A DNA stretch of 64,000 bases from an uncultured Bdellovibrionales bacterium (lineage in GTDB: Bacteria; Patescibacteriota; Minisyncoccia; Moranbacterales; UBA1568). Shown here piece by piece: positions 33,219 to 42,470 of the stretch. The position numbers and the translations under genes are program-made. The stretch is from positions 5,289-69,288 of the forward strand of contig CAYLJX010000005.1 of assembly GCA_964384235.1 (NCBI GenBank), read 5' to 3'. The notes under the pieces were generated by a model. The model made no database searches. It was not told the DNA's origin and saw only the letters and a program-made list of their open reading frames with translations. Every line of letters begins with the position of its first letter. The stretch's first letter is position 1.

Positions 33219-35846
33219 ATGGAAAAGAAGCCGAAAAAACTGGTGTTGTTGGATGGGAACGCGCTTATTCATCGGGCGTACCATGCGCTGCCGCCGCTGA
33301 CGACCAAGGAGGGAGAGGTGGTCAATGCGGTGTACGGTTTCGCGATGACCTTGCTCGCGGTTGTGGAGAAATTCAAACCCGACTATATCGCGGCATCGTT
33401 CGATCTCGCCGGGCCGACCTTCCGTGACGGGCTGTACGAAAAGTACAAGGCGACGAGGCAGAAAGCACCAGACGATCTCTACGCGCAGATCCCTCGGGTG
33501 AAGGAAGTGGTGCGAGCCTTCAATATCCCCATTTACGAGCAGGAAGGTTTTGAGGCAGACGACTGCGTGGGGACGCTCGCTCGTCAGGCGGAAAAAGAAA
33601 ACGTCGAGACGATCATCGTGACCGGTGACAACGACGCGCTCCAGCTCGTGACACCGCTTACGAAAGTGTTTTCCATCCGCAAGGGCATCAAGGATCTCGT
33701 CCTCTACGATGAGGCGGCAGTCGAGGCGAAGTATGGTTTCAAGGCGGCGAACATTCCCGATTACAAGGGGCTCGCCGGCGATGCTTCGGACAATATTCCC
33801 GGCGTGAAGGGCATCGGGGACAAGACGGCCTGTGATCTCCTGAAACGATACGAAACGCTCGAAAACCTCTACGATCATCTCGACGAGCTCAAGGACGCGG
33901 TGCACAAGAAGTTGGAAGCGGACAAGGAGAACGCCTTTCTCTCGAAGAAGCTCGGTACGATCGATACTAATGCACCGGTACAGATCAATCTTTCTCATGC
34001 GGTGGCGGTCGAATATGACCGGGTGCAGGTGACGGAGCTTTTTCGGGACTTGGGATTTTTCAGTCTCCTCAAGAGACTCGGGACGAATGATGGTGACAAG
34101 GGACAAGCGACAAGTGACAAGAGAGATACCAAGACAGGAAACAAGGCGAAGTCAAAGAAACTGAAGAGCAGTGAAGAGGTGGAGAAGTGGTTGGAAAAAA
34201 ACAAGGGCAAGGGTGTGGCGGTGTGGATCGGGAAGGGCGAAGCGTCGCTCTTCGGCGGTGAGGGAATCGCCGAGGTGAAGTTCGCGACTTCCGAGGATGA
34301 ACAGACGGTTGTCGTGTGGAACGATGAGACGAAACGAATACTGAAGATATTTTTGGAAGATACGAAACGGCCCAAGATCGTCTACGACGCGAAGGCCATG
34401 ATGCACCTCTTGGCGAATGAAGACATCGGACTCGGAGGCGTCGCGCGCGACGTGCTCCTCATCGCTTACCTCCTCCACTCCGGCGGCAACGTCGAATTCG
34501 AGCAGCTCGTCTTTCAGGAGCTCGGGCACGATCATTCCGACGCGGAAGCGGCGCACCTCTACGGCGTGAACGCGCGCCTCGGCGAACAGATGAAAAAGAT
34601 ATCTTCCGAGCAGGAGGCGGGCCGCACACTCCTCGACGTCTACGGTGAGATCGAACTCCCGCTCATCCCGGTGCTCTTCCGGATGGAACGTCACGGTATC
34701 CGTCTCAACGGGAAAAAATTCGAAGCGCTCTCGAAGGAACTGGAACAGGAACTGAAAGCGCTCGAACAAGACATCCACATGTTCGCCGGAAGAGAGTTCA
34801 ATATCAACTCGCCCAAGCAGCTTTCCGAAGTGCTCTTCACCGATCTCAAGATCCCGACTACCAACATCAAGAAGACCAAGACGGGCATCTCCACCGCGTC
34901 GACGGAACTGCAGAAGCTCGCCGAGTATCCGATCGTCGCGAAGATCGAGAGCTATCGCGAACTCTTCAAACTCAAGACTACCTATCTCGACGTCCTGCCG
35001 ACACTCGTCGACAAGAACTCGCGCCTCCATACCACATTTCACCAGGCCGTGGCGGCGACAGGGCGGCTCTCGTCATCCGATCCCAACCTGCAGAACATTC
35101 CCGCGCGTAATTCCTGGAGCGAGCGCGTGCGTGGAGCGTTCGAGGCGAGCGAGGGATACGTGCTCGTCGGAGCGGACTACTCGCAGATCGAGCTTCGCGC
35201 CATGGCGCACATGTCAGGAGACCCGTCGCTTGTCGAGTCTTTTAAAAAGGGCGAGGATGTCCATCGTACGACGGCATCGGTCGTCTTCAAGGTGAAGCCG
35301 GAGGAAGTGAACGCCGATATGCGACGCCAGGCCAAAGTCTTCAACTTCGGCATCATGTACGGGATGGGGAGTTTCGGACTCTCGCAGGCGGCGCAGATCG
35401 ACCAGAAGGAAGCGGCGACATTCATCGCGGAATACTTCAAGAAATTCGCGCGCGTGAAGGAGTTCATGGAGACGATGAAGCAGCAGGCGCGCGAGAAAGG
35501 ATACGTCGAGACGGAGGCGGGGCGTCGTCGCTACGTGCCGGAGATCGAGAGCGGCAACGTGCAGATCGTCCGGGCCGCGGAACGAATGGCGATCAACATG
35601 CCGATTCAGGGACTGGAAGCGGATATCGTGAAGCTCGGAATGATCCAAGTGGACAAGATCGTCCGTGAGTACGGCGACGATGCGCGCATGGTCCTCCAGG
35701 TCCACGACGAGCTCATCTTCGAAGTGCGCAAGGAAAAAGCGGACGCTTTCGCGAAGGAGATCAAGAAAGCGATGGAGAGCGCTTATCCTCTCCGTGTCCC
35801 TCTCATCGCCGAAGTAGCCATCGGAAAGAACTGGGGAGAGATCTGA
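33219..35846 (+). CDS. polA: DNA polymerase I
   Basis: 875 aa; N-terminal 5'-3' exonuclease (LVLLDGNALIHRAYHAL); polymerase motifs A, B and C (DYSQIELR, RRQAKVFNFGIMYG, VHDELIFE). Confidence 0.95.
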   Translation: MEKKPKKLVLLDGNALIHRAYHALPPLTTKEGEVVNAVYGFAMTLLAVVEKFKPDYIAASFDLAGPTFRDGLYEKYKATRQKAPDDLYAQIPRVKEVVRAFNIPIYEQEGFEADDCVGTLARQAEKENVETIIVTGDNDALQLVTPLTKVFSIRKGIKDLVLYDEAAVEAKYGFKAANIPDYKGLAGDASDNIPGVKGIGDKTACDLLKRYETLENLYDHLDELKDAVHKKLEADKENAFLSKKLGTIDTNAPVQINLSHAVAVEYDRVQVTELFRDLGFFSLLKRLGTNDGDKGQATSDKRDTKTGNKAKSKKLKSSEEVEKWLEKNKGKGVAVWIGKGEASLFGGEGIAEVKFATSEDEQTVVVWNDETKRILKIFLEDTKRPKIVYDAKAMMHLLANEDIGLGGVARDVLLIAYLLHSGGNVEFEQLVFQELGHDHSDAEAAHLYGVNARLGEQMKKISSEQEAGRTLLDVYGEIELPLIPVLFRMERHGIRLNGKKFEALSKELEQELKALEQDIHMFAGREFNINSPKQLSEVLFTDLKIPTTNIKKTKTGISTASTELQKLAEYPIVAKIESYRELFKLKTTYLDVLPTLVDKNSRLHTTFHQAVAATGRLSSSDPNLQNIPARNSWSERVRGAFEASEGYVLVGADYSQIELRAMAHMSGDPSLVESFKKGEDVHRTTASVVFKVKPEEVNADMRRQAKVFNFGIMYGMGSFGLSQAAQIDQKEAATFIAEYFKKFARVKEFMETMKQQAREKGYVETEAGRRRYVPEIESGNVQIVRAAERMAINMPIQGLEADIVKLGMIQVDKIVREYGDDARMVLQVHDELIFEVRKEKADAFAKEIKKAMESAYPLRVPLIAEVAIGKNWGEI

Positions 35847-35882
35847 AACAGCGATCGGTATTTAGAAAACATACCTTATATT

Positions 35883-36800
35883 ATGAACATGGAGAGATTC
35901 AGATTACCGGAGGAAATGTCCCGGGCATCACGGGAAGCATCGTCTGAGCGAGAATCGGAAGAGAGGTTTTACGATTTGCTTGAGACGTTGGTACCCCAAT
36001 TGAGAGAACGGTGGGAGAGGGAACTGGAAGAGAAGGTCGGGACCGGCGAGATGGATTTTTCTCAGGCATGTCGGAAAATAGAAAGCGTCATCGCTGAACG
36101 GGAAAAGGCGCTCTATCATTCGTATACACCCGTCACGAAAGGCTCGTTCGATTGGATGGAGATCCCGCTCGAGAGCGAGAAGCTCAACAGTACCGTCGAA
36201 AGACTGCTTTCCTCCCGTCTTGAGGAAAACCTGCTGGGAAGCGGGGCCGTTGCGAAGGTGTACCGTGTCGAAAATACCGAGAGTATCTGCGTGAAGGTGG
36301 TCGAGAACGAGCAGACATATCGCATGGGGAACACCATTTTTCAGGAATCCCAGTTTTTGGAAGATTTGTCCGATTATGAGGTGGACGGGGTGAGGACGCC
36401 GCATTTCATCCAGTGTTTTTCCGGAGGAAGGATGAACGCGATCGTTATGGAAGAGATACGTGGGGCGAGTCTCGAGCAGATCATGAACGGGGATGAGGGG
36501 TTTCCGGAGCAGTTCGATTTTTCCGATTTCTTCGCGCGACTGAAGCGTTACTTCGAGGCCCTGCATCGAAAGAATTATTTTCATCTGGATATAGCCCCGC
36601 GCAACATCATGGTGGATAGGGAAACCGGTCTGCCGGTCGTCATCGATTTCGGGAAAGCGAAACACTTCCAGTTTTCGGAGGAGGTCACGCTGGAAGCGGA
36701 AAGGGACCTGGCCGGTTTTGAGGCGGTCAAAGCCGAGACAAAGAACTTCCTGGGAGGGAAGTCTCGGAAGGGCAGTATTGACAAAAAATCGTTTCTCTAG
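35883..36800 (+). CDS. Protein-kinase-like fold protein (atypical eukaryotic-like kinase / APH-like)
   Basis: Gly-rich loop LGSGAVAKVY, lysine in ICVKVV, catalytic loop HLDIAPRNIMV (HxDxxxxN) and VIDFGKA (DFG). Confidence 0.6.
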   Translation: MNMERFRLPEEMSRASREASSERESEERFYDLLETLVPQLRERWERELEEKVGTGEMDFSQACRKIESVIAEREKALYHSYTPVTKGSFDWMEIPLESEKLNSTVERLLSSRLEENLLGSGAVAKVYRVENTESICVKVVENEQTYRMGNTIFQESQFLEDLSDYEVDGVRTPHFIQCFSGGRMNAIVMEEIRGASLEQIMNGDEGFPEQFDFSDFFARLKRYFEALHRKNYFHLDIAPRNIMVDRETGLPVVIDFGKAKHFQFSEEVTLEAERDLAGFEAVKAETKNFLGGKSRKGSIDKKSFL

Positions 36801-36824
36801 TATAAATAACCCACCCTATATCCT

Positions 36825-37040
36825 ATGGAGGAAGACGTGTTCTCGAAAAAGCTCTTGGAAAAAGCCCGGAAAGAAGCACAAGTGATGCTCAAAGAAGGGC
36901 GCAGTGAAGGAGAAATCGTAGCAGGGAAAAAGGGGAAGCTGCGCATCACCGAGAATGCTGAAAAGGACGCAATGACGTCGTTTGAAATCGAGGGACGAAG
37001 ATTCTTCATCGTCCTTCCGAAACGTGACCTGGTTGCTTGA
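36825..37040 (+). CDS. Small hypothetical protein
   Basis: 71-aa ORF filling the gap between the kinase and fpg; no recognisable motifs. Confidence 0.25.
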   Translation: MEEDVFSKKLLEKARKEAQVMLKEGRSEGEIVAGKKGKLRITENAEKDAMTSFEIEGRRFFIVLPKRDLVA

Positions 37041-37077
37041 AGTTTGCGGCCAGGTTTTTTGTTGGAAATTTTTCATT

Positions 37078-37929
37078 ATGCCTGAACTGCCTGAAGTACA
37101 AACGGTCGTGTCGCAGCTGGGACGGAAAGTCACCGGCCTGAGAGTAGAGGGTTTTTGGACGGACTGGCCGAAGCAGGTTCGGGTGCCGCTTCGGACGCTC
37201 AAGAAGCAGATCGTCGGTGCGACCATCATCGGCACGCGCCGCTTCGGCAAGCACATCGTGATCGATCTCGGAAACGGTCTCTCGATCCTCATCCATCTCA
37301 AGATGACGGGGCACCTCCTCGTGAAGACACCGGCTAACCGGGACGCGAAGCACTTCAGAGAGGACCCGTACAATCAGTTCATCCATCATATTTTCATGCT
37401 CTCCCATGGGACGACCGTCGAGTTTTCCGACATGCGCAAGTTCGGTTGGATCGACGTGGTGGAGAGTCATCAGGTAGACAAGGTGGCGAGCGTCGCAGCC
37501 TTGGGTCGTGACGCGCTGTCCAAAGAGATGGATCTCGGACACTTCTCTGAGATCCTTGCTCGCAATACAAACAAGAAGATCGGTGCGTTGCTTCTCGAGC
37601 AGGAAAAAATCGCCGGCATCGGAAACATCTATCGGAGCGAGATACTCTTCCGGGCCGGTATCCGTCCCGTGCGCCTGACCGGATCGCTCACTCGCAAAGA
37701 GAAGGAGAAGCTTTTCGAAAAGATGAAAGAGACGCTCAAGGAAGCGACGAGGCTTCGTGGCACGTCGGACGGCGATTTTCGTGACACGAGCGGCAAACAA
37801 GGGAGTTTCCAGAAGACACTTTTCGTCTACGACCGCGAAGGAGAGCCGTGCAAGAAATGTGGTACAATGGTGGAGCGTAAAAAGATAGGACAACGGAGTG
37901 CTTTTTATTGCCCCCGCTGTCAGAAGTGA
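37078..37929 (+). CDS. mutM: Formamidopyrimidine-DNA glycosylase
   Basis: Starts MPELPEVQTV (catalytic Pro2/Glu3); H2TH region; C-terminal zinc finger CKKCG...CPRCQK. Confidence 0.92.
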   Translation: MPELPEVQTVVSQLGRKVTGLRVEGFWTDWPKQVRVPLRTLKKQIVGATIIGTRRFGKHIVIDLGNGLSILIHLKMTGHLLVKTPANRDAKHFREDPYNQFIHHIFMLSHGTTVEFSDMRKFGWIDVVESHQVDKVASVAALGRDALSKEMDLGHFSEILARNTNKKIGALLLEQEKIAGIGNIYRSEILFRAGIRPVRLTGSLTRKEKEKLFEKMKETLKEATRLRGTSDGDFRDTSGKQGSFQKTLFVYDREGEPCKKCGTMVERKKIGQRSAFYCPRCQK

Positions 37930-37940
37930 CACCGATAGGT

Positions 37941-37965
37941 GTCATCCCGGACTCGATCCGGGATC
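37941..37965. repeat. Short hairpin repeat, family C, copy 1
   Basis: TCATCCCGGACTCGATCCGGGATC (8-bp stem, 5-nt loop) recurs at 47617-47641 with a conserved 3' flank (C)YSGTAGWAA. Confidence 0.45.
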
Positions 37966-38018
37966 CTGTAGTAAATAAGTAAGATCCTGAACCAAGTTCA
38001 GGATGACAATATATAAAT

Positions 38019-39119
38019 ATGTCGAATAGCAAAAAAATCATCGTCGTGGTGGTCGCGATCGCCATCGTCGGTATCGGGTATTTCGTCTTCGGCAAGAAAG
38101 ACGCCCGGAAGCCGATCGAGCTTAACAACAAGGGGCAGTCGGTGCAGCAGGAATCCGGTCCTATCAATACCGGTCCCGTGAGTCCGATCTCGGGGCTTCC
38201 CTGTGACAACTGGAACCGCCGGCCTATCGCCGTGATGCAGCCCTCCGATGTTCCGGCCCGTCCGGCAGCCGGATTCGCCGCGGCGGACATGGTCGTCGAG
38301 ATGCCGGTCATCACCGCTTCGGTCACGCGACTCATGGGTGTGTATGTCTGCAATGATCCTGAGGACGTCGGTTCGATGCGTAGTTCCCGCCATGACTTCA
38401 TCCACCTGGCCAAGGGCCTCGACGCCATCTATGTCTCCTGGGGCGGTTCGCACTTCGCCAAGGAGAAACTCAACGAGGGCGTGATCGACAACCTCAACTG
38501 CAACAACGACGGCGGCAAGTCGGCCGGCCAGTACTGCTACCGCAAGGAAGTCGGCAAGGACGGCATCGTGCGCGGTGTCGATACCGGCTATGCCAAGTTC
38601 GCCAAACTCTTGGAGGCTGCCAAGGACAACGGGTACCGCTTGGAGGGAAAGTTCAGCGGGTACAAGCACACGGCTGAGACTCCCACGGAAGAACGCCCCA
38701 AGGGTGGACACCTCCGCGTCGCTTTTGCCGGGCCGTTCGCGGCGGAATATGACTACAACCCTGAGAACAATACGTTCCTGCGCACCTGGGGCGATGTGCC
38801 CGATGTCGATCGCAACACCAAGGAGCGTGTCGCACCAAAGAACGTGATCGTCCTCATGGCACAATCGGAGCAGATCGAGGGCCAGTACAACAACGTGCAG
38901 CTCGGTGACCCGTGGTTCGACTCGAGCGACTCCGGCGACGCCACCTACTACATGAACGGCAAACAGTACCGCGGTACCTGGAAGAAGGACAAGTCGAGCA
39001 TCGACAGCAAACTGCAGTTCCTCGACGAATCCGGCAACGAGATGGCCTTCGTCCCGGGGCAGATGTGGGTCGAGGTCCTCGAACCCGGCCAGGGTCACAA
39101 GTGGGTTCCGACGGAATAG
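38019..39119 (+). CDS. DUF3048-like membrane-anchored protein (YerB-like)
   Basis: N-terminal TM helix, then a ~340-aa domain with ...RRPIAVMQPSDVPARPAAGF... resembling the ARPQSGL motif region of DUF3048. Confidence 0.45.
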   Translation: MSNSKKIIVVVVAIAIVGIGYFVFGKKDARKPIELNNKGQSVQQESGPINTGPVSPISGLPCDNWNRRPIAVMQPSDVPARPAAGFAAADMVVEMPVITASVTRLMGVYVCNDPEDVGSMRSSRHDFIHLAKGLDAIYVSWGGSHFAKEKLNEGVIDNLNCNNDGGKSAGQYCYRKEVGKDGIVRGVDTGYAKFAKLLEAAKDNGYRLEGKFSGYKHTAETPTEERPKGGHLRVAFAGPFAAEYDYNPENNTFLRTWGDVPDVDRNTKERVAPKNVIVLMAQSEQIEGQYNNVQLGDPWFDSSDSGDATYYMNGKQYRGTWKKDKSSIDSKLQFLDESGNEMAFVPGQMWVEVLEPGQGHKWVPTE

Positions 39120-39274
39120 AGTCAGGAATCAAGAATTGAGAATCAAGAAAAAAGAGAGGCGAAACCTCTCTTTTTCCTTATAATCCCTATTCTCTATTCA
39201 TGATTCTCTATTCTTCTTTGAAGTTTCATCCCTCTCTCTGAATCCGCTATACTGGAGAAGTATCACTGAATCAT

Positions 39275-40240
39275 ATGATTTTACTCCTTCATGGTGAAGA
39301 CGGTTTCCGGGTCAATCGCAGGCGGTTGGCGTTGCAGCAGGCGTTTGCCAAAAAGTACCCTGGTGCTGATATCTTTACCTTTGATTTTGAAGACCGGCGG
39401 TCGCTTGCCGATGTGCGCGAGGCTGTGTCGCTCTGCGAGGGAGGGTTGTTCGCGAGCGAAAAGCTCGTCGTCATGTTGCATCTCATGTCGCTGGAAGGGG
39501 AGAGCGAGAAGTTTCTCATAGAGTTTCTCAAGGCGTTCAAGAAAGATACGGTCAGCAAAACGACGCTCCTCTTCGTCGAACCAGGGAAGATCAAGAAGAC
39601 GCAGCCGATAGCGAAGTGTCTCCTCAAGGAGGCGGACAAAGTGGAAACATTCGAAAAGATGTCCGAGGCGGAAGCGGCGGCCTATATCAAAAAAGAACTG
39701 AAAAGTATCGATGACGCGATGAGCTTTTCCCGGGACGGTCTTCAAACGTTTCTCTCAGTGACTGGCGGTTCAAGCGCGCGGATGCGAAGCGAGCTCGAGA
39801 AGCTCTCGAATTTCAAGCCGGGAGAGATGATCGAGAAAGAAGACGTGCTCATGTTGTCACGGATGCCGTCGGAGAGCGCGATCTTCGAGGCGCTCGACAG
39901 TCTCGGCCGCGGTGAAAAGGAAAAAGCACTCACGCTCCTCTCCCGCGAGGCGGACAAGCCGGAAGGGGTGTTTCCGGTCCTCGGGATGTGCGCGTGGCAG
40001 GTGCGAAGGATGCTTCTCGTCCGTGATGCCTTCGACGGCGGGGTACGGCGGCCGGGTGATATCGCGAGCGCGACCAAGCTCGCGCCCTTCGTTGTGCAGA
40101 AGACGCTTGGCTCGATCGAATATTTCCCCCTCACTCGTATCAAAGCCGGCCTTTCGCTTCTCTCCGAGTTCGATACCAAGATGAAGACCGGCGGCATGAC
40201 TCCCCAGGCGGCGTTGGATCTCTTTGTGTGGAAATTCTAG
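39275..40240 (+). CDS. holA: DNA polymerase III delta subunit
   Basis: 321 aa; starts MILLLHGEDGFRVNRR...; HolA-like AAA+ lid architecture. Confidence 0.7.
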   Translation: MILLLHGEDGFRVNRRRLALQQAFAKKYPGADIFTFDFEDRRSLADVREAVSLCEGGLFASEKLVVMLHLMSLEGESEKFLIEFLKAFKKDTVSKTTLLFVEPGKIKKTQPIAKCLLKEADKVETFEKMSEAEAAAYIKKELKSIDDAMSFSRDGLQTFLSVTGGSSARMRSELEKLSNFKPGEMIEKEDVLMLSRMPSESAIFEALDSLGRGEKEKALTLLSREADKPEGVFPVLGMCAWQVRRMLLVRDAFDGGVRRPGDIASATKLAPFVVQKTLGSIEYFPLTRIKAGLSLLSEFDTKMKTGGMTPQAALDLFVWKF

Positions 40241-40293
40241 AGAGATGTATCATGTATAAAGTATTACGTATCCTGTATGAGGGGAATACGGTA

Positions 40294-40324
40294 TTAAAAA
40301 CATAAAACCGCCGAGAGGCGGTTT
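40294..40324. terminator. Bidirectional terminator between holA and rpsT
   Basis: aaaaCCGCCgagaGGCGGtttta. Confidence 0.55.
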
Positions 40325-40356
40325 TATACATCATACAAGATACAAAATACACGATA

Positions 40357-40626
40357 CTACTTCGTTGCCGCCTTCTTCACCAGCGCATTGAGGCGGGATT
40401 TCTTGCGGGCGGCAGTGTTCTTCTTGACGATACCCTTGGCCGCGGCCTTGTCGAGGGCCTTGATGGCGACCTTGAGGGTCTTCTGAGCATCATCGACTTT
40501 TCCGGCCGAGACGGCTTCGCGGGTCTTCTTGATGGCGCTCTTTACGACACCTTTGACGATCTTGTTGCGCGCGGTCTTCTTGTCGGTGACGCGCATGTAC
40601 TTCTTGGCGGCTTTCTTGATGGGCAT
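40357..40626 (-). CDS. rpsT: 30S ribosomal protein S20
   Basis: 89-aa Lys/Ala-rich protein: MPIKKAAKKYMRVTDKKTARNK... Confidence 0.9.
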   Translation of the reverse strand: MPIKKAAKKYMRVTDKKTARNKIVKGVVKSAIKKTREAVSAGKVDDAQKTLKVAIKALDKAAAKGIVKKNTAARKKSRLNALVKKAATK

Positions 40627-40739
40627 AACGTTACAAAGTCAAAAATCAAAAGTTAAAAGTTTCGGAGCTGAGACATAACCATTTGTAGCATGGGAGCGCG
40701 CTTTTGGCAAGGGAAAGGGAAAAGTGCTAGTCTAGGAGT

Positions 40740-41312
40740 ATGATCGCACAATTGCAAGGAAAAATAGCGGGAATAAACGGAAACTCCATCATCCTCATGG
40801 TCGGGGGCGTGGGATACAAGGTGTTCGTCTCCCCGTATACCCTGGGCAAACTCGTTGGAAGAGTGGACGACGTGCTCCTCCATATCTACACTCAGGTACG
40901 CGAAGACATCCTCGCGCTCTATGGTTTTCTCGACGAGGAAGAGCTCAACATGTTCGAGCTTCTCATCTCCGTGTCCGGTATCGGACCCAAGGTCGGTCTC
41001 TCGATCCTTTCCATCGCGAACGTCAATACTATCAAGACTGCCATCGTCAACAAAGACCCCTCGATCCTCACGCGCGTCTCGGGAGTCGGCAAAAAGACCG
41101 CCGAGCGCGTCATCGTGGAACTTCAGAACAAAGTGGATGCCTTGGGTGTAGAAGATCAGGCCGGGGCGCTCGTCGGACAGGAAGCCCTCGAGGCGCTTAC
41201 GGCCCTCGGCTATTCCGTGACGGAAGCCCGTGAGGCGCTCAAGCTCGTGCCGGTGGAAGTCTCCGACGTCGGTGCGCGCGTCCGCCAGGCACTGAAGAAC
41301 CTGGGAAGGTAG
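40740..41312 (+). CDS. ruvA: Holliday junction DNA helicase RuvA
   Basis: MIAQLQGKIAGINGNSIILMVGGVGYKV... with OB fold, HhH motifs (GIGPKVGLSIL, VSGVGKKTAERV) and a C-terminal domain. Confidence 0.9.
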   Translation: MIAQLQGKIAGINGNSIILMVGGVGYKVFVSPYTLGKLVGRVDDVLLHIYTQVREDILALYGFLDEEELNMFELLISVSGIGPKVGLSILSIANVNTIKTAIVNKDPSILTRVSGVGKKTAERVIVELQNKVDALGVEDQAGALVGQEALEALTALGYSVTEAREALKLVPVEVSDVGARVRQALKNLGR

Positions 41313-41462
41313 ATTCCAAATCCCAAGTACCAAAATACAAACAAACCACGAATATCAATGACCAAAATCACAAAACGGTTTTTTAGGACATTGGAGTTTT
41401 GGTGATTGGAATTTTTTTGGAAATTGGGATTTGGTGCTTGGTACTTGTGTAACGACACTACT

Positions 41463-42470
41463 ATGGAAAACGAACTCACATTTTTGCAGAAACATTCGCC
41501 GGACGGAGGATTCCTCCAGTCGGAGCATTGGCGGAGGTTTCAGGAGGCAGCCGGGCATAGGGTGGTGCACGTCGAGGGGGCCGGCTTCCTCGCGAGCGGC
41601 ATCGTGCACGAGCTGCCGGTCGTCGGGGAGTACGTGTATTTTCCGCGCGGGCCGGTAGTGGATATGGGGCATACCGACCTCTCCGTCGTGGTCAAGGAGA
41701 TGGCACGTGCGTCCAAAAAAATCGGTGCCAAGTGGCTGCGAGTAGAGGTGGCCGATGAACGGATCGTCGAGAAGCTTCGGACGTTCTTCTACGAGCGGGT
41801 GGTGCGGGCGCCGCACGACGTGCAGCCGCGGGAAATCCTCGTCGCGGATCTCACCTCTACGGAAGAGGAATTGCTCACCAAGATGAAACAGAAGACGCGC
41901 TACAATATCCGTCTTGCGGAAAAGAAGGGTGTCAGAGTCTTTGAGACGCGCGAGAAGAAGTACCAGGAGGCATTTCTGAAACTCATCGAGGCGACAGCCG
42001 GGCGCAAGGAGATCGTGGCACATCCGCTCTCGTACTATCGGAAATTCTTCGAAGCGTTTCCGGCGGATGTCTGCAAGCTCTTTGTTGCGGAGTATGAGGG
42101 GACCGTGCTCGCGGCGAACATCGTGGCGCAGTACGGCAACTTCGCCTACTATCTCCACGGAGGATCGAGCAGCAAGCACCGCGATCTCATGGCGCCGTAC
42201 CTCCTCCAGTGGCACCAGATGCAGGAGATGAAAAAACGCGGCTGCCGTTTCTACGATTTCGGCGGCGTACGCGTCGCCACCAAGGGCGAGGGGAACGGTT
42301 CCTGGGATGGCATCACGCGCTTCAAGCAGGGCTTCGCTCCTGAGGCGACGCCTCTCCTTCTTCCGGGGGCCTATGACATCATCCTCGACGAAAAGCATTA
42401 TTCGCTCTACAATTATCTGCGCCATATGAAGCAGAGCTACGTGTATCTCAAGAAATTCTTCGGCCGGTAA
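41463..42470 (+). CDS. FemAB-family peptidoglycan interpeptide-bridge aminoacyltransferase (FemX-like)
   Basis: Start at ATG 41463 (MENELTFLQKHSPDGGFLQSEHW); conserved FemAB C-terminal region ...YYLHGGSSSKHRDLMAPYLLQWHQM...FYDFGGV; adjacent to a Mur ligase. Confidence 0.7.
   Translation: MENELTFLQKHSPDGGFLQSEHWRRFQEAAGHRVVHVEGAGFLASGIVHELPVVGEYVYFPRGPVVDMGHTDLSVVVKEMARASKKIGAKWLRVEVADERIVEKLRTFFYERVVRAPHDVQPREILVADLTSTEEELLTKMKQKTRYNIRLAEKKGVRVFETREKKYQEAFLKLIEATAGRKEIVAHPLSYYRKFFEAFPADVCKLFVAEYEGTVLAANIVAQYGNFAYYLHGGSSSKHRDLMAPYLLQWHQMQEMKKRGCRFYDFGGVRVATKGEGNGSWDGITRFKQGFAPEATPLLLPGAYDIILDEKHYSLYNYLRHMKQSYVYLKKFFGR

Noticed and set aside
32865-34106. 413-aa ORF antisense to polA; the same pattern occurs antisense to pyk (48390-49778), the HK (55013-56437), pilB (57666-58568), htpX (45554-46546), the DUF3048 gene (37998-39098) and fpg (37006-37932)
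   Set aside because: All lie wholly within strongly supported genes on the opposite strand and have low-complexity translations. They are GC-rich shadow ORFs.
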